Source: Candidatus Iainarchaeum sp. (lineage in GTDB: Archaea > Iainarchaeota > Iainarchaeia > Iainarchaeales > CSSED10-239). From it: a stretch of DNA of 11,390 bases. The position numbers were made by a program, and so were the translations under genes. Shown one piece after another: positions 8,341 to 11,390 of the stretch (position 1 is its first letter; each line of letters starts with the position of its first letter). The notes under the pieces were generated by a model. The model worked only from the letters and a program-made list of their open reading frames with translations, made no database searches and was not told the origin of the DNA. The DNA lies in NCBI GenBank assembly GCA_028700905.1, contig JAQVRT010000023.1, positions 1-11,390 of the forward strand. The letters are read 5' to 3'.

Positions 8341-8844
8341 TTATCTCCACACCTTTAAATTTAGTTCTTGTTTAGTATTTAAAATATTATCATTACCAGA
8401 TAAACTATCAATATACCTTTTTTTATTAATTGCAAAGTTTGGTGTAATTGAAACATTAAAATCTATAGAATAATAATTATCAATTGATGGATCTAAAACA
8501 TCAGTACATTCATTTGCAGTAAAAGCATAACCTGTAAGAGAACATTTATAGTTTGTAGGAATCCCTAGATTGTTTTTTGAAATATTTGAATTTTCAGTAA
8601 GGCATGCAGGAATATGATATCTATTATGAGAATCAAATGCATAACAATTAATATATGGATTATTAACTATATTTTTAAAAGCCATTTTTCCAACATTGTT
8701 TAATTGAGAATTAATATTATCTGTTGTTGTTGAATAAACTTTTGATTCAACAATATTTACTAAAAGGAAAGAAACAAGTATGATTAGAACAACTGAAAAA
8801 AGAATATCTAAAACCATAATTTGTCCTTTTCTATTTTTAATCAT
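8341..8844 (-). CDS. Class III signal peptide (type IV pilin-like) protein, P2
   Basis: The track ORF begins at TTG 8850. ATG 8844 gives MIKNRKG-QIMVLDILFSVVLIILVSFLLV (167 aa), leaving a 2-nt gap after the P1 stop. The mature part has 4 Cys and 2 sequons (NIS, NVS). Confidence 0.65.
   Translation of the reverse strand: MIKNRKGQIMVLDILFSVVLIILVSFLLVNIVESKVYSTTTDNINSQLNNVGKMAFKNIVNNPYINCYAFDSHNRYHIPACLTENSNISKNNLGIPTNYKCSLTGYAFTANECTDVLDPSIDNYYSIDFNVSITPNFAINKKRYIDSLSGNDNILNTKQELNLKVWR
8345..8354 (-). promoter_or_regulatory. Shine-Dalgarno site of P3, embedded in the end of P2
   Basis: Minus-strand AGGTGTGGAG, with GGAG 4 nt before ATG 8340. Confidence 0.5.
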
Positions 8845-8846
8845 AA

Positions 8847-9320
8847 TCAATCACAAGCAATTTCTCCAGCAACATTATAACAAGTAACTATTTCTCCACA
8901 ATACTTTTCAAAATCACTAAAAGAAAATTTAGTGTTGTTTAAAGACATGTTTTGATCATAATAGATTACAGAATCATCATACTCTACAATCATATTTAAA
9001 AAGCCAGGGTTAATAATAAACTTACATTCTACATTCTTAGAAGGAATTGTAATGTTTGGAATTTTAAAAGTATTTTGAAAACTTACATTAAAATTATTAT
9101 CAACAACATCAGTTACAAATATTTCTTGAGACTTTAAAAAACTATAAAGAGAATCTGAAATTTGAGATTGTTGTTCTTTTATTTTATAAAGCTCAATTGT
9201 TTCAACAGTATTGTTTGAAAGATCATTAAATACAGTTATAAATATTATTAGAAAGATAATAATGATTACAACTTCAATTGAAACTTGGCCCTTTTTATTT
9301 CTATTCATAAATATTAACAT
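8847..9320 (-). CDS. Class III signal peptide (type IV pilin-like) protein, P1, with canonical KGQxSxE prepilin motif
   Basis: 157 aa from ATG 9320, or 153 aa if the second ATG at 9308 is used (MNRNKKGQVSIEVVIIIIFLIIFITVF). KKGQVSIE (9273-9296) matches the archaeal Class_IIIsignal (PF04021-type) consensus, with Gln +1 and Glu +5 after the Gly. The mature part has 4 Cys and 5 sequons. Confidence 0.7.
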   Translation of the reverse strand: MLIFMNRNKKGQVSIEVVIIIIFLIIFITVFNDLSNNTVETIELYKIKEQQSQISDSLYSFLKSQEIFVTDVVDNNFNVSFQNTFKIPNITIPSKNVECKFIINPGFLNMIVEYDDSVIYYDQNMSLNNTKFSFSDFEKYCGEIVTCYNVAGEIACD

Positions 9321-9379
9321 TTAATAAGTTATATATTATAAAATAGAATAAAACATTTATAAACATTAGCAATTTTAAT

Positions 9380-9395
9380 AAAAAAAAGAAAAAAA
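9380..9395 (-). terminator. Oligo-T terminator after ef1b
   Basis: The minus strand reads TTTTTTTCTTTTTTTT immediately after the TAA stop (9396-9398). It separates the ef1b operon from the pilin-like operon. Confidence 0.5.
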
Positions 9396-9662
9396 TTAAA
9401 GTAAAGTAGATACTTCAATTTCTATGTCTCTTACACCTTCAATAGCCTTAATAGCATCTTCAAGTTTATCTAAAAGACCATCTATTTTATCAGGGAAGAC
9501 AACTCCTAACTTAATTACTTTTAATCCAAAAGCAATTGGTTCAACTTCTATTTTTGCAACTTTGAAAGGATCACCAAAACCTTTTTCTAAAGATTCTTTT
9601 ACCTTATCAATATCTTCTATTTCCTCAGGGTATACTTTGTATACTGAAAGAATGTCACCCAT
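9396..9662 (-). CDS. ef1b: Translation elongation factor aEF-1 beta
   Basis: 88 aa, MGDILSVYKVYPE...VEPIAFGLKVIKLGVVFPDK...IEGVRDIEIEVSTLL, matches the size and sequence pattern of archaeal EF-1beta. An AGGTGA SD lies 7 nt upstream of the ATG. Confidence 0.9.
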   Translation of the reverse strand: MGDILSVYKVYPEEIEDIDKVKESLEKGFGDPFKVAKIEVEPIAFGLKVIKLGVVFPDKIDGLLDKLEDAIKAIEGVRDIEIEVSTLL

Positions 9663-9669
9663 AAATAAT

Positions 9670-9675
9670 TCACCT
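9670..9675 (-). promoter_or_regulatory. Shine-Dalgarno site of ef1b
   Basis: Minus-strand AGGTGA, 7 nt before ATG 9662. Confidence 0.6.
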
Positions 9676-9708
9676 ACATTATGTTTTTAAAAATAATAAA
9701 TTTAATAC

Positions 9709-9864
9709 CTAAGGACCTATAAATGAACAACTTGGACACTTATATTTCTTTGATATAGACTTACATCTGTTACATCTAATAATTTCTACTTTCCCGCAGT
9801 TTGGGCATTTAAATTTTGTGAAATTATCTGTAACTTCTATATTACAACTACTGCATCTATCCAT
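9709..9864 (-). CDS. Zn-ribbon protein of the COG2888 / DUF1610 type (conserved archaeal partner of aEF-1beta)
   Basis: Hand-translated and absent from the ORF track: MDRCSSCNIEVTDNFTKFKCPNCGKVEIIRCNRCKSISKKYKCPSCSFIGP (51 aa, TAG stop). It has four CxxC pairs and a KCPxCxFxGP C-terminus. A GAGGTG SD lies 8 nt upstream, and the gene sits immediately upstream of ef1b on the same strand. Confidence 0.8.
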   Translation of the reverse strand: MDRCSSCNIEVTDNFTKFKCPNCGKVEIIRCNRCKSISKKYKCPSCSFIGP

Positions 9865-9872
9865 TAGTAATG

Positions 9873-9878
9873 CACCTC
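9873..9878 (-). promoter_or_regulatory. Shine-Dalgarno site of the Zn-ribbon gene
   Basis: Minus-strand GAGGTG, 8 nt before ATG 9864. Confidence 0.6.
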
Positions 9879-9918
9879 TAATTTTTTTAAAAAGAATAAT
9901 TATATATTAACTTAAAAC

Positions 9919-9931
9919 TATATATATTTAA
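9919..9931 (+). promoter_or_regulatory. Putative TATA box for the tRNA-Arg gene
   Basis: CTATATATATTTA is centred about 30 nt upstream of tRNA position 1 and preceded by an A-rich BRE-like stretch. This is the archaeal promoter geometry. Confidence 0.45.
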
Positions 9932-9955
9932 TAAACAAATCATTTTTAAAAGGGT

Positions 9956-10028
9956 GGGGTTGTAGCATAGTGGATAGTGCAGTTGGCTTCGGACCAACAG
10001 GTCGTGGGTTCAAATCCCACCAACCCCT
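9956..10028 (+). tRNA. tRNA-Arg (anticodon TCG)
   Basis: Manual cloverleaf fold.
- Acceptor stem: GGGGTTG (9956-9962) pairs with CAACCCC (10021-10027).
- D arm: GCAT/GTGC with loop AGTGGATA.
- Anticodon stem: GTTGG/CCAAC with loop CTTCGGA, anticodon TCG at 9989-9991, U33 and G37.
- Variable loop: 5 nt, AGGTC.
- T arm: GTGGG-TTCAAAT-CCCAC.
- 3' end: discriminator T at 10028. No CCA is encoded and no intron is present. Confidence 0.9.
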
Positions 10029-10057
10029 TTTTTCTATTTTTTTAAAAAAATTAAAAA
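10028..10057. terminator. Bidirectional oligo-T terminator between the convergent tRNA-Arg and MBL hydrolase genes
   Basis: The plus strand reads T6-CTA-T7-A7-TT-A5. This gives T-runs on the plus strand right after the tRNA and T-runs on the minus strand right after the TAG stop at 10063-10065. Confidence 0.55.
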
Positions 10058-10062
10058 GAGAA

Positions 10063-10725
10063 CTACATTTCTTTTTCTTCTAAAATATCAAAAACAATAA
10101 GCTCTACAGGAATATTTTGTAATTCCATCTCTTCTCTTAAATTTTCAGGAGTATATTTTAAAACTTCAAAGGTATCATAATGCATTGGAATTACAATCTT
10201 TGGTTTTAAAAGATTTAAAGCATAACAAGCTTCTTTTATACCCATATTAAACCTACCATCAATAGGAAGCATCACAATTTCTGGAGCATATAAATCTTTA
10301 ATAATTTTCATATCTAAAAAAACATTTGTATCTCCTGCAAAATAAATACTTCTTTGATCATATCTAATAATAAAACCTACAGGGACACCTTTATTTGAAG
10401 AATGCTCAGCTTTAACAAAAGTAAAAGAAATACCTTTATAATCAATTGTTCCACCTAAATTTCCACCAATTGTTGGGACATGAAATTTATTTAATTCTTG
10501 AGCAAGATCAAAAATTGTAATAATCTCTGCACCAGAATGTTTAGAAATCTCAATTGCATCTCCTAAATGATCATGATGATCATGGGTTAATAAAATAACA
10601 TCTGGCTTAACATCTAAAACACCCATTTTAGATAAAGGATTGTTTGTTATAAAAGGATCTAAAAGAATTTTAATATTATTAATTGTGATTAAAAAACAAG
10701 AATGTCCAATGTATTTAATATTCAT
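10063..10725 (-). CDS. UPF0173-family metallo-beta-lactamase-fold hydrolase (canonical metal ligands)
   Basis: 220 aa. Motifs are MNIKYIGHSCFLI, LLDPF, LLTHDHHDHLGDA, KAEHSS, YFAGDT, VIPMHYDTFE. A GTGAGGAG SD lies 8 nt upstream, and the ATG overlaps the upstream ORF's stop (ATGA). Confidence 0.88.
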   Translation of the reverse strand: MNIKYIGHSCFLITINNIKILLDPFITNNPLSKMGVLDVKPDVILLTHDHHDHLGDAIEISKHSGAEIITIFDLAQELNKFHVPTIGGNLGGTIDYKGISFTFVKAEHSSNKGVPVGFIIRYDQRSIYFAGDTNVFLDMKIIKDLYAPEIVMLPIDGRFNMGIKEACYALNLLKPKIVIPMHYDTFEVLKYTPENLREEMELQNIPVELIVFDILEEKEM

Positions 10726-11390
10726 GATTTAAGCTCCTCACTTTTTTTATTAATTTTTTCAATAATTGTAAATGGTCCAAAAAAATAAACTTTACCAAAA
10801 CTAAATCTTACTAAAATATCATTAATATAGATTTTAAACCTAATAGATAGACTTTGTTCAAAATCTTTTAAAATAAAATCCTTAAAAGAATCAAAATCTT
10901 TAATATTTAACTTAAAAGTAAAATCATTTTTTTTAATAAAAATATTATTACTCTCAAAAAAAGTTATAGTCTGAGGATATTGGTTTGAGCAATCAATAGT
11001 TAATTCTTCAAAAGAATAAAGTTCTAAAACATATTTAAAAAGATCAAAAGTTTTAGAATTTAGGTTAAATATAAGATAATCTTCAAAATTTTCATTTTTT
11101 AAAATATTTATGTGATTTGAAAGTATAGAAGAAATATAAGTATAATGAGAAACACTTGAATCAATTTCTTTTTTTAAAATTTCAAGATCGCTTATATAAA
11201 AATTAGAACTAGTCTTTCCTGTCTTTAAAAAACTAGGATCTTGTTTACTTCTTTCAAGAAATATCTGTAAATTTTTTACAATTTCATCAACATCTTCTAA
11301 AGAACTTTTTTTTCTTGATTTTTCTAAAAGATCATTTATGTTAATTAAAATTTTATTTTTAAGTTTAGACTCAATTGTCTGTCTTCCTTT
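10722..11390 (-). CDS. Hypothetical protein, C-terminal 222 codons (5' end outside window)
   Basis: I hand-translated the minus-strand frame and it is open from the window edge to TGA at 10722-10724. It reads ...LEDVDEIVKNLQIFLERSKQDPSFLKTGK...ELTIDCSNQYPQTITFFESNN...RFSFGKVYFFGPFTIIEKINKKSEELKS*. The other two minus frames hit stops near the 3' end of this region. The stop overlaps the ATG of the MBL gene. I recognise no family. Confidence 0.6.
   Translation of the reverse strand, partial: KGRQTIESKLKNKILININDLLEKSRKKSSLEDVDEIVKNLQIFLERSKQDPSFLKTGKTSSNFYISDLEILKKEIDSSVSHYTYISSILSNHINILKNENFEDYLIFNLNSKTFDLFKYVLELYSFEELTIDCSNQYPQTITFFESNNIFIKKNDFTFKLNIKDFDSFKDFILKDFEQSLSIRFKIYINDILVRFSFGKVYFFGPFTIIEKINKKSEELKS
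10734..10741 (-). promoter_or_regulatory. Shine-Dalgarno site of the UPF0173 hydrolase, embedded in the upstream ORF
   Basis: Minus-strand GTGAGGAG, 8 nt before ATG 10725. Confidence 0.6.

Noticed and set aside
8845-8850. TTG start at 8850 for P2, and the apparent 4-nt overlap with P1 it creates
   Set aside because: An in-frame ATG two codons downstream (8844) gives a typical short class III leader (MIKNRKGQ). TTG is a less likely initiator here, though it cannot be excluded without data.
9424-9690. 88-aa plus-strand ORF mirroring ef1b
   Set aside because: The minus-strand product is an unmistakable aEF-1beta with an SD. The plus-strand product is a Ser/Thr/Ile-rich antisense shadow with no initiation signal.
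7569-10028. Idea that the pilin-like operon is part of a tRNA-targeted genomic island
   Set aside because: No integrase or other mobility gene is present, and I could not find a repeat of the tRNA 3' end. ef1b and its Zn-ribbon partner, both core genes, lie between the tRNA and the operon. Composition and CpG depletion look the same as in the flanks.
1-11390. Scan for CRISPR repeats, IS or transposase genes, toxin-antitoxin pairs or known defence genes
   Set aside because: I saw no regularly spaced direct repeats, no transposase, integrase or nuclease-like ORFs and no terminal inverted repeats. Every sizeable ORF is accounted for by the annotations above.

Overview
This is a very AT-rich, extremely compact archaeal chromosomal segment. 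By my coordinates only about 600 of 11,390 nt are non-coding. The gene content and streamlining suggest a DPANN-type or similarly reduced archaeon, using the standard code with TAA, TAG and TGA all serving as stops. Most of the window is core information processing. In order it holds a UPF0173-like metallo-beta-lactamase (MBL) hydrolase (+), RNase Z (-), membrane-anchored archaeal LonB protease (+), PCNA (-), RFC large subunit (+) and ABCE1 (+). These are followed by aEF-1beta (-) with its conserved Zn-ribbon partner (-, a 51-aa CDS absent from the ORF track), tRNA-Arg(UCG) (+), and a second, canonical UPF0173 MBL hydrolase (-). That hydrolase is ATGA-coupled to an unrecognisable ORF that runs off the right edge and is also absent from the track. 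The clearly non-housekeeping element is a tight four-gene minus-strand operon (7569-9320) between ABCE1 and aEF-1beta. It encodes small proteins with class III (prepilin/prearchaellin-type) signal peptides and Cys-paired, sequon-rich mature domains of no family I recognise. No assembly ATPase, platform protein or prepilin peptidase lies nearby, and this operon is my candidate for an undescribed cell-surface filament or adhesion module. Other points worth noting are listed here.
- CpG is strongly depleted and no CGN arginine codon occurs in any CDS, although a tRNA-Arg(UCG) gene is present.
- Two convergent gene pairs share a TTAA stop overlap.
- Apparently leaderless genes are mixed with genes that have strong Shine-Dalgarno (SD) sites.
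- One of the two MBL paralogues has a degenerate metal-binding motif.

I saw no CRISPR array, IS element, integrase or recognisable defence gene.
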